The notes under the pieces are model-generated. The model was not told the DNA's origin, searched no databases, and saw only the letters and a list, made by a program, of their open reading frames with translations. Shown here piece after piece: positions 1-15,000 of a DNA stretch of 64,000 nucleotides; positions within the stretch are counted from its first letter, which is position 1, and each line of letters opens with the position of its first letter. This DNA comes from Marsupella aquatica (Eukaryota > Plantae > Marchantiophyta). The translations under genes were made by a program, and so were the position numbers. The stretch covers positions 8,050,470-8,114,469 of the forward strand of contig OZ316897.1 in the NCBI GenBank assembly GCA_973895155.1, in the 5' to 3' direction.

Positions 1-3000
1 CAGCCGCCTTCTCGAATTGGCTCCCTATACTCTAAGGTACAGCTTCAGTTGGAATAAAGCTTGTCCTCATGTTTAAAGTCAGTGAATTTGTGAATTGGAA
101 ATTTCTGTGGTTTGATTGTAGCATACATATGCTCTACCATTCGACTTTTTTCTGATATCTTACGACACGGTTTTCAGCTCTGTGATTCAATACTTCTCCT
201 TCGCTCCTGCACCGTTTGAACGACTCCTGCACTCCGGTGGCAATTTGCCAGCGGTAAGAGGATCTGATTTACAAACTCAACTGAAGCTGAGAAGTTTGCT
301 ACGTGTGATGACAATGCTTGCTTTTGGTTTAGAGGATTGCGTACGTTGCTAGCTAATTTTTAATCCTTTGTATGTGATCTACTGCTGTGTACGTGTTCAT
401 TCATGTCTCCATATCTAAACCATTCTATGATTTTTTCAAAATGTTCTTTGCGGTCGCAGGATGCACCACCACTCTTGGATGTGGTTCGAGCGTCGTATCG
501 CTACTTGCAGCTTGAGCCCAAGAGTTTCCGGGATATTTGGGATTGGAGCCCATTTTTAGATCTCCTTCGTTGGACAGGCCCTGATGATCTAGGGGAATCA
601 CTGTCACAGGCTGGGCTTGATGTCCGGTGGAGTGCAGTTCAAGTTCTATCTCTAGTTCTTAGAATGAGTGACGTAACGACTAGGGCACTAAGCTCCGCCG
701 TCTCGCAATTGACAGAAGAAGATTGCTTCGCCTGCCTTATGCGGTATGTTGTATGCGAAGTGTTGTATTCCTGTCCCTGTCTATTGTCCGAGTACGGTTT
801 CTTGAATAATGTTGCACACTCAATTTTAAAGTACAATTTAGAAGAATTGCTGACTAGAAACTGGTTCTCTCGGTTTAAATAATGTTGAGTTTAAACATCC
901 ACAAAACACAAAATTGGGGCTGGAGACTGAAGAGCAAGTCGTCGAGACGGAAAACCAAAGACTTTCAAACAATTCTAAGAAGCACATGGAAGAAATTGTA
1001 GCAAAAATTTATGGATAGTGACGTCTTATCGATTCCCTCTCCTCTTCTCGTCAAGGCTCAATGAATTTCCAGACTCAGGGGAAAGCCCCTCAGAATGAAC
1101 TCTTTGGCGCACAGGTTAGGAAAAAGGATTCGTTCGTTGGTTGACGCTTCCAACACGCTTCTTTGTGCAGGTGGGAAGGCTTTTCACATGAAATCGCTGT
1201 GGAAAAAGCAGGAATGTTCTTGAGACATAGTGTAATTGTAGAAGATGAAGTGATGGATAATGTTGAAGACACAAATCTTTGCAAAAGGAATACATCATCA
1301 CTGTTTGAAGATTTTCAGTCTGTTGTGAGGTGGGGAGTGGAAGAAGATTCGTCCTTTATTGAGATTTGCGGCGTCCAGCTGCCAGTGAGAACAGGTCTCA
1401 ACAGGAAGGGGTAAGTGATTAATCACGGTAACGTGGACTATTTCGTCTCCAATTTCAAATTGATGTCATCGTAAGATCTGGTTCAAAGTAGGAGCTTTCC
1501 TAAATGTTTAACTGTTTCTTTTTTTAAATTGTGCAGCTCCATTGGGTCTCTGTCGAGGTCGTTTGTACTTACATCAACTGTAAAAAGGAACTTGGAGTCT
1601 GTTGTTTTGGCTTTGAGCCAAAGGCAGCCCATTCTGTTAGAGGGCCCAATTGGATCTGGAAAGTCTAGTCTTATCCAGGAACTTGCAAACCTGACTGGAA
1701 ATTCAGGTGTGACCACCTTGATAAGACTTTTGGTTGCATGGAATTAGGTCTGATTTTCCACATTGATGAAATTCTTCCTGTAATAAGGATTAGGAGTTGT
1801 GCTTTGGGCCATAATCTTTTGTCACTGATCGAAGAAATTACGTGTACAGATGTGATTTTCATACATTTGGATGATCAGATGGATAGCAAGATGCTACTAG
1901 GCAACTATGTGTGCACAGAAATTCCCGGAGAGTTTAAATGGCAACCAGGTGCCCTAACACAGGTGGGTGGCATGGTTTCTTGGAAGATGATATTATTCAA
2001 CTTACTGTTGGCCTGTAGAATCACTTCGCAACTATTCATGACAACAAAATCGTGACGAATCGAAATGTCAACCGGGTTCCCTAAACAGGCCGGGGGCACA
2101 GTTTCTTGATAGAGATAAAATGTCTATTGTCTGTTGTTCTTTTTTAAGGCTCATCGATTTTACTGTTTTTACTACCTTATGTCTAAATACCTCTTTTCGA
2201 TGGCTTGATCCTGGTCCTGACTTATTGTACAGGCTGTTGTTCAAGGCATGTGGGTGGTCTTCGAAGACATCGACAGAGCTCCATTTGAGATACTCTCTGC
2301 CTTAGTACCTCTACTGGAGGATCGGAAGCTTTACATTGCTGGTCGTGGTGAGGTATGTGGTCATGATTATCCATTTGTACAGCTTGATTCTTAGCCTCAA
2401 GGCGTATCTCCTCTACTGGGTAAACGGAAAATCTGACATCATCTCTGAAATTGTCATGGGAAGTAATCTCTTGTATTTGGAGAATAAGTGAACTTGGCGA
2501 CAGCCGTATTGTGGCACTTGGTCCGATTCGGTGCAAAACAGAGGGCTTTTTCTATGTGCGCATGATCAATGATGAATGACAGATAACTTAAGAAATGGCC
2601 TACAGTTGAACTCCCCTTACAAGTGGCCTGATTCTTCAGGTGATTCATGCGGCAGAGAACTTTTGCATGTTCTCTACTATCACGCGCACAAAGTTTGGAT
2701 CAGCACACAGGGGATCAGCCGGTGCGTTCTCGATGTGATGGTTCTAGTCCTACAGTGTATATAGACCGTCTTAAGAGTATCTCACTTCGCAAAGACGCTT
2801 TTATGGGCAAAAAAATCCTGGTTACACTTTTTTTCATCCTACAGAGACGGCTGACTAGCCCAAATCGAATCGACGCCTTCATGTGTCGGTGGCACTGATT
2901 TCTTACAGCATAATGTTCTCTGAAAGCTGTGCGTCGACTTCATTGGTTGCTGAGATTTTGTACATTTCTGCACAGGGAAGGATATGCTAGCTAATCTGTG

Positions 3001-6000
3001 GAGGAAAGTGATCGTTGATGCTCCAAGTGACGAAGAGCTTGCTGTTATCATTGAAGCCCGGTTCCCCATCCTGTCTACATTGGTCTCCAAACTTATTGGT
3101 ACGGTCTTAGATATTGTCATGTGGGCGTACCCTGGAGTTATACCTACAACCGCAGGATCTGAAAAATGCTTGATCTTCCATGCTTATCTGAAGGACGTTA
3201 CTTCTCTTACGGTATGTGAATTTGTGCTTAAATTTGAATCGTACAAGTGCACCGAACTTGCAGGAACCTTAAACATGGTGAGAGAGATTGCGTCTCAATC
3301 CACATTTCAAGCAGATGGTCTTGGAGCTATTTCAGTTCACATTGGAAGGCAATTTTCGACAAGGTGAGATTTTATAACATGCTGTTATAGGAGAAACTTC
3401 TAAAGGTTTTTCTTTTTCCCAGGAAAAGAAGATCTGACTGCAGGTTGATCTAAGAAATCTCACCTCTTATCATTCTGGCTGCAGGGACCTGATCAAGTGG
3501 TGTAAGAGAGTGACTATTCTTGGTTCACAGCACTTCGAGGGTCCTTATCTGACCACTTACGTGCGAGAGCGAATCTATGTTGAGGTAGATCCTGGTGACC
3601 TTCCTGTTTATTCTTCATTGCATCGATGTCAATTGTTGTTTACCCTGTAGGTTGATAAGTTACCTCAAACCTCGAGGCTTGGGTGGGACTTATTCATGTG
3701 ATTCATCTGGTAATGAGGTGCTTTTTACTTCGACGTCGGTTGCACCTTGTGGCTCCTTGTTGTACCTACTTCTCTCACAAATTCATCTCAGGATCGAGGT
3801 GCGTCCGGGAGATGATGTTAGTATTGCGTGCCTAATGAGAGCTAGGGTGCAGGCCGTTGATTGCTTTGCAGGATCAATCTCTAGTATTGCGGATCGACAG
3901 TTGGTAATGAGGGCAGTTGCAGAGCTGTGGGAGATTCCTTTAGAGCGTGTTGACTTCTTTTGGAGAATGAATAAACCATCAATGCAGGTATCTTTATGTA
4001 AGCCAATTGGAGGTGGCATGAAAAGTTTTCAATTTTGTGGAAGTTTGTTTTCGTTGTTTTCCCCAGCACCTGTTTGGTGTAGCTAGTGGATCATTTTAAA
4101 GTGGTAAAGACTGAGAAGGCGACGATACTGCACAAGAAGCTCTATCCCCATTTTAGCGCTGGAAGGTCACTTTTAGAGTGGAAGATTTATTGACCACAGC
4201 TTCGACTTGTGTGTATTCAGGTGTCAAGGTCATCGTTTGAAGTTGGGCGTGCAACCCTGCTTACCTCAACATATCAGGTTGCTTAACAGTTACTTTCGCT
4301 TGGGCTTGAAAGGTCGTAGGTTTTCACTGCTATGCATGAGTCACAGATTGAGGTTTTTAAGGGCTTCTGTTGTACATGTAGCTTATCCACACGCTGTTAA
4401 TCTCCTATGTCAATTAATTTCGCCATTTTACGACGTTTCACTCAACAGGAAAAGACTCACCCAATGCAAGTTTTTGCGCGCACTGGTTACACAATGCGCA
4501 CGCTTGAGAGCATTGCTCTGTGTGTTCAACAAAAGGAACCTGTGTTACTAGTTGGTGAGACGGGAACTGGAAAGACAAGCCTAGTTCAATACCTTGCAAG
4601 ACAGATTTCAATGCCTCTGGTAGTTTTGGTAAGGTTTTGTCATTAACCTTTTGATAAGATTTCATGCCTGCTTTACATTTGGTTTTGCCAACTGGAGGAC
4701 CGTGTATTTGGCTGCCATTGAAAAGTGTACGTCTTCTTCTTTACAGAATCTGAGTCAACAAAGTGACAGTGTGGATCTTCTGGGAGGATATAAGCCCGTA
4801 GAGGCGCAGAGTATATGTATTCCTCTGTTTGAGACATTTAGTAATCTCTTCCAAGAAACATTTCCGAGGAAGGTGAGTGATTTTGTATACAACAAGTCGT
4901 TCATGTGTTGTAGCTGTGTTATGTTTGTATCGGCTAGTAGTCAATGATGGAGAATGATATGTTGCAGGGTTAGACGGCTAGTAGCCAACTACAACTAGTC
5001 GAGAGATTTCTACGCGGACCTGTCCTCTGATCGGTACTAAATTTGTGTGTTTTGAATCAGAAAAATGCTGAGCTTCTCGTGCAAATTGGCCATTTAGTCG
5101 GAAAGAAGAAGTGGGATAAGCTTCTGAAAGCTTTTCGAAATACTGTTGGAACTGTAGGAAAGCTAGTGGGCTCTTCTTTCTCCTTGGAAAGACATGAATC
5201 TGGTTCTGTGTCAAATGGACCTCTTTCTCAAGGGACATCAATTCAGGACGTCGGAGATCGATCTTCAAAGAGAAAGAGACAACTGAGCGATAGGCTATTG
5301 GAGAACTGGCGCACATTTTCTGCTGAGCTTCACAAGGGTGAAAGACAAGTAGAGTCAGCAAAGACTGCATTTGCATTTTCCTTTATGGAAGGGGTTCTTG
5401 TCAAGGCTTTAAAAGAAGGACACTGGATTCTCTTAGACGAGGTGAATTTAGCGCCCTCGGAAACTCTGGAGAGGCTAACTGGGGTATTAGAAGGAGAGAA
5501 GGGCTCTCTTTGCCTTACTGAACGTGGTGATGTGGAGAGTATCAAATGGCATCCAGACTTTCGAATATTTGCTTGCATGAATCCTGCCACGGATGTTGGG
5601 AAGCGTGACCTACCGATCTCACTAAAAAATCGTTTCACAGAGTTTTATGTTGATGAGCTAACAAACAAGGAAGACTTGCACGTTTTAGTCTATCATTACC
5701 TTGAATCTGCTTTACCGTCTCCTCCCGTGGAGGACATAGTGGACTTCTATTTACTCGCTCGTCAAGAAGCAGAAGTACGACTACTTGATGGTGCAAATCA
5801 GAAGCCTCAGTACAGTTTACGGTCACTGGCACGTGCTCTTGAATACACTAAAGCAGCAATGCCTGTGTGTGGATTTCAAAGGTCTTTGTATGATGGCATT
5901 TGTATGTCATTCCTCACACTTCTTGATCGTCCCAGTGCCTTGATAATGGAGCAGCTTATTTTAGGAGCCATTTTCAAGCAGACAGGACCTGCTGCTGTCA

Positions 6001-9000
6001 AACTTTTAAAGTCTCTTCTTAAGGTCCCGTCACAACCCAGTTCAAGACATGTACTGTTTGAACAATTCTGGGTGGAGAGTGGTGAATCAGAGCCAAGTGA
6101 ATCCGCTCGTGAAACTTGTGAACGGTATGTCTTGACTAACAGCATACGGGAGCACTTGAAGAATCTGGCCCGGGCTGTGTTTGTTCGAAAAAACCCTGTT
6201 CTTTTGCAAGGGCCAACTTCAAGTGGAAAGACTAGTATGATCGAGTATCTTGCAGTAATAACTGGCCATCGTTTTGTGCGTATCAATAACCACGAACATA
6301 CGGACTTACAAGAGTATCTTGGGTCATATGTGACCGATCCCACTGGGAAACTAGTGTTTCAGGAGGGCATACTGGTTCAAGCTGTGCGGAAGGGATATTG
6401 GATAGTTTTAGATGAACTGAATCTGGCCCCCTCAGATGTGCTAGAGGCATTGAATCGTTTACTAGATGACAACAGAGAGCTTTTTGTTCCTGAGCTTCAG
6501 ATGATGGTAAAGCCACATCCCCACTTTATGCTATTCGCCACGCAAAATCCCCCTGGGTTATATGGGGGCCGTAAGATCTTGTCACGTGCATTTCGCAATC
6601 GTTTTATAGAGCTTCATGTCGATGACATTCCGGATGATGAGCTCCAGGCAATCCTGGAGAAGCGATGTCAGATTCCAGGTAGTTATGCCATTAAAATGGT
6701 TGAAGTGATGAAGGATTTACAGAGACATCGGCAGGGCAGTAAAGTTTTTGCGGGTAAGCATGGTTTTATCACTCCCAGGGATCTATTTCGATGGGCAGAG
6801 AGGCATGGGAATGGCTACGAGGAGCTTGCTTGGGATGGCTACATGCTTCTTGGGGAGAGATTGCGTAACCCAGAGGAGAAGGTAGTGGTACAAACTACAC
6901 TGGAAAAGCACATGCGTGTGAAGATTCAACCAGATCAGCTGCATGAGACATCTAGCTCGGAGAAAGTAAAAGAAATTCAAAAACTTCTTTCTACACCAGA
7001 GTACGTGTCGGCGTTTGGAAAGATCGTATGGACAAAAAGCATGAATAGACTCTTCAATCTTGTCGAGCACTGCGTTCGACATAAGGAACCAGTTCTTCTT
7101 GTGGGAGACACGGGTTGTGGCAAGACCACTGTCTGTCAATTGTTGGCTCTCCTGCTCCACCAAAAACTCCACATCATCAACTGTCATCAACATTCTGAAA
7201 CTGCGGACTTTCTTGGGGTTAGTAGTGTGATATCTACCTTCCTGGTTTCTCTTTACGGGCACATTGATTTTAAATTATGAAGTATTTTCTTTGAACTTTA
7301 GACCTTAAGATGTAAGTCTTAGTCTGTGTGGACCTGTTGACGGATAATGAAGATTGGATTGATGTCATGGACTCTACGTGCTATTTTCGAGTTAGTCCTC
7401 CAGAGGAAATGCGAAACGTATTCTTGCAGCGAGAAAGGTGGGATTTGTGTTAGGTGTATCTGCAATGTCTTTGAGCTACCGTCCTATTGTGAACTCTGAA
7501 GAGTTCGCTTGGTGGACCATTTGGTTGACAATGAAGGTCGGATTCATGTCAGGGTCTCCGCCCAGTTCGAGATAGAGACAATATTGCAGCCAAATACATG
7601 GCTGCCATCCGAAGATTGAGTGCTTCAAGGCTGCTCTCTGAAGTTAATGGTGGAGAGGTATTAACTCTGGTGTTCTCCGTAGATGATGTACACCAAACAC
7701 ATCCATTGTTGTACTTGAGTTGAGAGCAAAAATATCTGTCGATATCACCTACACGTCTTTTTTTGACTTTGACATGGTGATCAACTTTTAGCTCTCATTG
7801 GTCTGAATACGTGCGTTGAATTGTATGATCGACGGAGGCTAACAAGAGATACCTCTTACAGTTATCCTCCAGGGTCGAGGACTCGGCATCAACCCTGAAC
7901 ACAATTCAGCATGTCATTTCTCAAAACGAAGGCCGTCGATCTCACATTACTGTGCCAGCAGAGCTTTCTCACAGAGAACTACAAGATATTGCTGAAATCG
8001 AAGGGATCTATAATGAGATGCTGGATCTGCAACGACAGCACCAATCATTATTTCTATGGCATGATGGACCATTGGTGGAGGCCATGCGGGATGGGGATTT
8101 CTTTCTCATTGACGAAATATCACTTGCTGATGATAGTGTTCTGGAGCGCCTTAACAGTGTTCTAGAGCCCAAACGACTTTTGGTGAGCAAGAGTAGGAAG
8201 CGTGATGTTCAAGTTACTAAATGTCACCTGATGGGATCTCTCAAAATTGTATGCTTTGCAGCTTAACCTCTTTGAAAGCATAAATGTGGCTAAGACAAAC
8301 CTACAGTTTTTTTCCCTAGTCATGCCCTGGGCACCAGGTTTCCGTTTACAATGCCTACCATATAAAAATCTAAGATTTGTTCCCGACTCTCAATATACCG
8401 GACATGGTATTGTCTAAGTCTGAGACTTGTACAATCTTTTATCTTGTTGGTATAAGAGAAATCTAAATTAGTGTACGACTTGCCATTATGAAGGTCTTAG
8501 CGGAGAAGGGAGGCCCAGTTGTGGAGGAAGTTATAGCACATCCAAAGTTTCGAGTTCTAGCAACGATGAACCCAGGTGGCGATTTTGGCAAGAGGGAGCT
8601 GTCACCAGCTCTTCGCAATCGGTTCACAGAAATATGGGTTCCACCTATTAATGATATTAATGATTTGCAAAGTATTGTGGCTGACAGGTTAGTCCTACTG
8701 CTGCATATCTAATTTGCTGCTAATTTCATATCATTTACCAAAGAAAACATTTACGGCTGAGGTGGAAGGAACTCACGTGTTCTCTAAAAGCTTCACTAGA
8801 AATCGAAGGTCATCTCGTAAGCAGGGACGCTGATTTCGGAGAGCTGTGATTTTTGTTGTACTTGCAGATTTGCCAATCCAGAGCTTCTTTGTCTTCAAGA
8901 TCCACTCCTCGAGTTTTGGCAGGCAAGATAACTTTCGTAAATTGGAAAACACTTTCTGCTCTCTAGGATTTGGGAGATTTCGCTTGATTCAAATTGTTTC

Positions 9001-12000
9001 CAGCCTCTGTCCTATTCCAGCCCTGCACTGCAGTCACCTGTGGCTGCATATTAGTTTATCGCACCTCATGAGATAAGACGTTTTTTTATGTTAGATTTTT
9101 TAATTTTATTTTGCTTTATTCCTTTGACTCTTGATGTTGTTTTGAACAGTGGTTTCAACAACACGGGGAGCAAGGAAGACTGCTCTCTGTAAGAGATTTA
9201 CTGTCCTGGGTAAGCTTTGTAAATATTACCTCGAGTGATATTGGACCAAACAATGCATTTGTGCACGGAGCGCTTCTTGTTTTGCTGGACGGCATCGGTT
9301 TGGGTAAGCCCCTTCTGTGCAAGACAGAAGTCATTCTTAGCATCTTTGCTACCGTAGTACTTCGTGTTGTAAGGAAACTCTGTTAATTTATATTCGTCGT
9401 CTCTAAATGGGAAATCATTTCGTTTTCCGTTGGCTTAAATGAATAGAGAGGGTGGCCTGGTGGTGATATGTGTTGCAGGGACAGGAATGTCAACTGCGGC
9501 AGCTCAGGATTTACGAAGCAAATGCTTAGATTATTTACTGCAGAAGTTGCCCGAGGTATTCGTCTTGACCTTAGTGACAGCTGGAATGGTGTAGCTTTTC
9601 GACTGCATGTTTCGAAATTTCAAAGTAGTACCTATAAGATCTGAAGAATATACCAAATGTGAGGCACTGTATCTTGGATTTTGCACAGGGCGAAAGGGCA
9701 GCATTTTATACAAGTTCTCACCTTCAACAAGATCAAGCATTTAAGCCTAAGAAGATCGAATCGAGATTTTTAACCTCTAGTGCGGACTTGAAGGAGCAAG
9801 ACAACTCCTCTTTCCAAGGAAGGCAATTTGGGATTCACCCCTTCTATATTTCCAAAGGTAAGCCAATTTTGACCTGTCGTTGCCATGTTGATTTTAGACT
9901 TTGTTTTCACTGATGATAATTTATATTTTGAGGATTGACAAAGTATTTTGAGTTGTCTACTACTTGAGGGTTCTTCTCACTTATCCACAAGTGCTTTGGA
10001 CCTCAGGAAAGCTAGAAGCGCAAAATTTGACTTTTGAATTAGCTGCTCCGACAACAAGTTCAAACGCTCTTCGAATCTTGCGTGCCATGCAGCTTTCAAA
10101 ACCTGGCAAGTGGATAGATTCCTTCTTTGTTCTTTTCTCCATCGATCTTCTCTCTGCGTATGAGTATCATAGGAAACTGCTTAAGAATCTCGTCAATTTT
10201 GAGTTTCTCCTCAACGTGATATACCACAACCCTAGTCATTCGGTTTCCTCTCATGAATGTGCAGTACTGCTGGAGGGTAGCCCTGGAGTGGGTAAGACGA
10301 GTCTAGTGTCAGCTCTAGCTCTGAGCTCATGCCATCCTCTCGTCCGCATCAATTTGTCTGAACAGGTGTGTGGCTTGACAATTAATGTTCCCTCAAATCT
10401 AGCCTTGCAGATTGAAGCATATGCGTTATGCAATTATGTGATGGATACTAATGTTTGCCATTCTTGCAGACAGATGTCATGGATTTATTTGGCTCTGATA
10501 TGCCTGTTGAGGGAGGGAAAAGTGGAGAATTTTGCTGGTCGGATGGAGTATTCCTGCAGGTAGAAATTTTCACCCTTCTGAACGACTCGACTTGATTCTC
10601 CACTGTCAACATGGGCTGCAGATCAGATAATCATAATCATAATCATTCGTGGAAGAATAGAAGAATAAATAATATAAACAATGACCACAAAGCATTCCTC
10701 CAGATCTTGGGCTGGTTTCAATGGATGCCTACCTTGACGGTCGCATATTAGATGCAGTGTAAATCTGTTGTTTGCTTCCTTCCCAAACTCCCGGTTCACA
10801 ATATGCACCTTTGTGGCACGTTGGCAGGCCTTGAAGTCAGGCCACTGGGTTCTCTTGGATGAGCTTAACTTGGCATCTCAATCAGTGCTGGAGGTAAGTC
10901 AATAGATCCCCTGATCATCTGAAGTGATTCAAGTTTGGTTTGAATGTTGGCCCATTTTCAGATGGAAAGACTGCCCATCTGGCTGCTTGTTCAACTTCAT
11001 GTTTGACTACTGGATGGGAATGGCAGGGTTTGAACGCTTGTCTAGATCATCGTGGGGAAGTATTTATTCCAGAGCTCGGACGAGTTTTTAAGTGCCCGGA
11101 TTCTTTCCGAGTCTTTGCTTGCCAAAATCCCATATCTCAAGGAGGAGGAAGAAAAGGCCTGCCAAAGTCCTTCCTCAATCGTTTCACAAAGGTGGTTACA
11201 TAACCTTTTCACTGTCAAATTTCTGACCATATCTAGGCTTTTACTTCAAGTCACCCTAATGCAATGCCGCATCTCTGACCCAATGATTCTTTCCAGGTTT
11301 ATGTAGATACTTTACAAGAGGATGACTTTCTATTTATTGCTCGGGCACTGCATCCCTCTATTTCAGAACCGCTTCTCCAGCAGATGGTTCATTTCAACTC
11401 TCGTCTTTTCGAGGACACAATGGTCGTCCATTCATATGGTCATTTAGGATCTCCTTGGGAGTTCAATCTTCGTGACATACTGCGGTGGTGTGAGCTTATA
11501 GAAGGTTTGTGATCCATGTAGTGTTATTCATGTTCACGTCGCACATTCATAGAGCTAGGTTTTGTGTGTAAGTAAGGATGACATTGCGGTGACACCTGAG
11601 GATTTCTGGCTGGCATGCGTCAAACCGAAAGGTTATGATTGTCATCTGCATCAGCGATCAGCGATTTAACCTCATAATCAGTTTTTCTTGTAAATTCCTT
11701 TGGTGTTGCTAACGGGTTGCACGTCGTTGACGGGACACATTGTTTTTCTATACATTGCCTAGAGTTGCTTTGTTACCATTTTAAGTCAACCTTTTAAATC
11801 TTCCTCTTTTTCCTTTTGTCACTGTTCGCAGATGGTTTGATGATACCTTAGTCTTACCAGTTGCTGTATGTCTCACAGGTGTCGGTGAAAGTTTTTCTCA
11901 AAAGCAATCACTGGAGTGCTTTCTGGATGTAGTCTATCTTCAGCGGATGCGAACAAAGCAAGATCGTCATCATGTTTTACGTTTATATGAAGAGGTGTTT

Positions 12001-15000
12001 GGCAATTCTGCAGACATTGCAACTCACCCTACTGTTTCAGTCAACCCTGAGAGTCTCAAGGTTGGCCGAGCCACCCTGCAGCGCAAGCATGGTGCACAGT
12101 TGCAAAGAGATACCTTCAAGCAGGTTCAGCTTCTACCAGGGCTTGGAAACTCCCTCGAAACCCTGATGCATTGCGTAAAGATGGGTTGGATGTGCAACCT
12201 TGTTGGACCTGCTGCATCAGGGAAAACGAGCCTTGTGCGACTTTTATCTGCCCTGACCGGAAATACATTACATGAGTTTGCACTTTCTAGTGCGACAGAC
12301 ACCACGGAACTCTTAGGCTGCTTTGAGCAACATGATCCATTTCGTCACTGGCAAGATATAGTGAAAAGAACAGGAACTTCCTTAGAATCTGTTTGTAGCT
12401 ATTTCCTGAGCAATACCACGTCATCTGTGCCTGTAGATCGGAAATTGGAGTTGATTAAGAGCCTGCTTAGCTCGTGGGCTGCATTTCTGAAATGTATAGG
12501 TTCTCGGAGTAAACCAAGCAGTTGGGTGATTGTTAAGAAAGACCAAGAAAGCTTGGATCCGTTGGCCGTGAATATGCTTTTGCAAACTGTAGAGCTCCTC
12601 GAAAAAACTCGCATTGCTTGTTGCATGGAAGAATTGGATCTGAAGTTGCAACCTAGATATCTACTAGAAGGTCTTAACGTTGTTAAAGAGACTTTAGATC
12701 AAGTGAGAAACTTGGGCCGTTTTGAGTGGATCGATGGAGGCCTTTTGAAAGCACTTGAGCGTGGAGACTGGGTGCTACTGGACAATGCCAATTTATGCAA
12801 CCCCACGGTCAGTGAACATTTTGACCTATTCCTTAAATATTGTTATCATTGGCAGAGCAGAGTTATCTAAGGGTACACTTGTGCTTGAGTAGGAATGGAT
12901 CTCTAATATTTTTGTGTGGGTCCTTTCAACTGGATGCAGGTACTGGACAGGTTAAATTCGCTCCTAGAGCCTAATGGCACCATTTTGATAAATGAACGAG
13001 GGCTTGTGAACGGAGAAGCTATGGTTGTTAGACCACATCCCAATTTCCAGCTTTTTCTCACTGTTGATCCCAGCCATGGTGAAGTCTCGAGAGCAATGCG
13101 CAATCGAGGAATTGAAATCTTCATGATGCAACCCGACTGGATTGATGGTGAAAGTGGAAAAGGAGAGTCCTGGCAGTTGCTATCTGAGGGATTGAATCAA
13201 GATTCCCACCAACTGTTAGTGCATGCTGGTATACCGTGCCTATCTCTCACAAAGGCCATGTTCTTAGCTCATCATCAAATCAAGTCTTTCACAGAGTCAT
13301 TGCCTGGAGGAATGCACGTGTCCATGCGTGAGCTTTCTCATTGGATCTCCTTGCTTCAACAGTTGCTCGAAAGAGGAGCCAATCTCCCCTGGAGCTTGGC
13401 CTGCAGTTGGGTGCAAACCTATGTCCGACATCTTGATAATGTGGACGCCAGGGAAGGAGCTCTTAATATTTTTAAATCCCAGGTGGCAGGGTTGGACTTC
13501 CTCAATGCAAGGATTTCGGAGGATACCTGTCTTTATGTTCCAGGGGGGTGGCCAGTGCCTCAAAACTTGGGACTCTCTTGTATCAGCTCAAAGGAGGCCT
13601 GTGTGAAACGAGATGCTATGTATTTGGAATTCCTCGTGGCACAGTTCTTTGCGTCGAAAACCAGTCAAGAATGGCAGTCTCTGGTGCAAGCAGGGGCAGA
13701 CTCTGAGAAGCGATTATTGTGGCTCCAAAGTAAAAGGCATACTTTAACATACTTTCCTGCAGGCTTGCTGGAGATTTTCTTGAATCCGGCCATGGTTCAA
13801 CTGGAAACGAGTCTGACTTCCACATCTCAAATTACAATTCAGGAGGTGGAGACCAAGTTGCGATGTGCATGTTTGTGGATGGTAGAACGTGGGAGCTTTT
13901 CTGATATTAGGCTGCGGATGCTATGGCTAGACAATTTCGCAATGGATATGGATGGTGTGAGTCAGACTGTCGCTAATATTGCTTCGGTTCTCACAAAGGA
14001 ATTAGATCATGTGCTGGCTAAAAAGCTCTTTCTGGCTTGGGAGCAGCTGGAGGCTGTGACTGGTGGAAATATTGTGGCCAAACAGATCCCATACGCGTCA
14101 CAAGGTGTGGTCATTTCCTTGAAGTGCATCAATGAGAATAATGAGGTCGCAAAGGATGCACAAAATGAGGCTATTGTTCTTGCCAAGAAGCTACTGGCTC
14201 TTCGGCGTAGTCTTCTACAGTGGCAGCTTGAAGATGAAGTTTACAAATCTGCTTTTACTCGAGGGGTTGGCTCATCTGTGAGCGCTGCATTGCAATCATA
14301 TTTGCATCACACAAATGGAACCTTGAGGAAGAGTAGTTTTTCGCCACAGATCCCCAAGACTGTCTTGAAGTACACATATCCTTTTTTTAATTCAATGAGG
14401 AATTTTGAGAATGAGCTACTGATTGCCGCCAATTTTCATCTCTGGGAGGGTGGTGTGGGCAAAGCTTTTGAAAAGCTGCAAGAGTGGCACGAGGCGCTTT
14501 GGAAGGTTTTGCACCTGCCTACCTTCTATGTGGAAGATTTTTTGTTCCATTGGATTCAAACAAACACATGGTTGATGGTAATCATAGAACTGGTTGGTGA
14601 TAATTGTGCTGGTATGAAGAAGGCTGTGGGAGGTCTACAAGGCATAATACAAGTAGTGGATGAGACATTTAATTTGGGAGCGAACTCACATCTGAAGCCT
14701 CTGCTGTGGAAGCATGGAGGGCATCCCCGACTACTGAATTCCAAAGACTTGAATAAGATGGAGCTGGAAGTTTTAGCATCATGTGAACGCCTCTGGGAAG
14801 TTGCTGCTAGGGAAGAAGGAAAGCAGTCATTCTGCTCAGATGTTGAGCTACGACGTTACGTCACCGAGGGGCTGAGTATGAGCATGTGGTTGAGACAAAA
14901 ACGCTCTAGCAAGAATGCAGGTGATACTCAGAAGGCGTCCGATTCCATCCCCATGCGTGAAGCACAGCATGAGTGTGGAGAGATTCTGAAGATGCTCCTC

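Noticed and set aside
2565-2635. Intronic C/D-box snoRNA (ATGATGA...CTGA) in MDN1
   Set aside because: No convincing terminal stem or recognisable rRNA guide, and the CTGA coincides with the likely branch point.
3988-4220. Possible U12-type intron (GTATCTTT donor) in MDN1
   Set aside because: Mismatch to GTATCCTT and no TCCTTAAC-type branch site near the acceptor.
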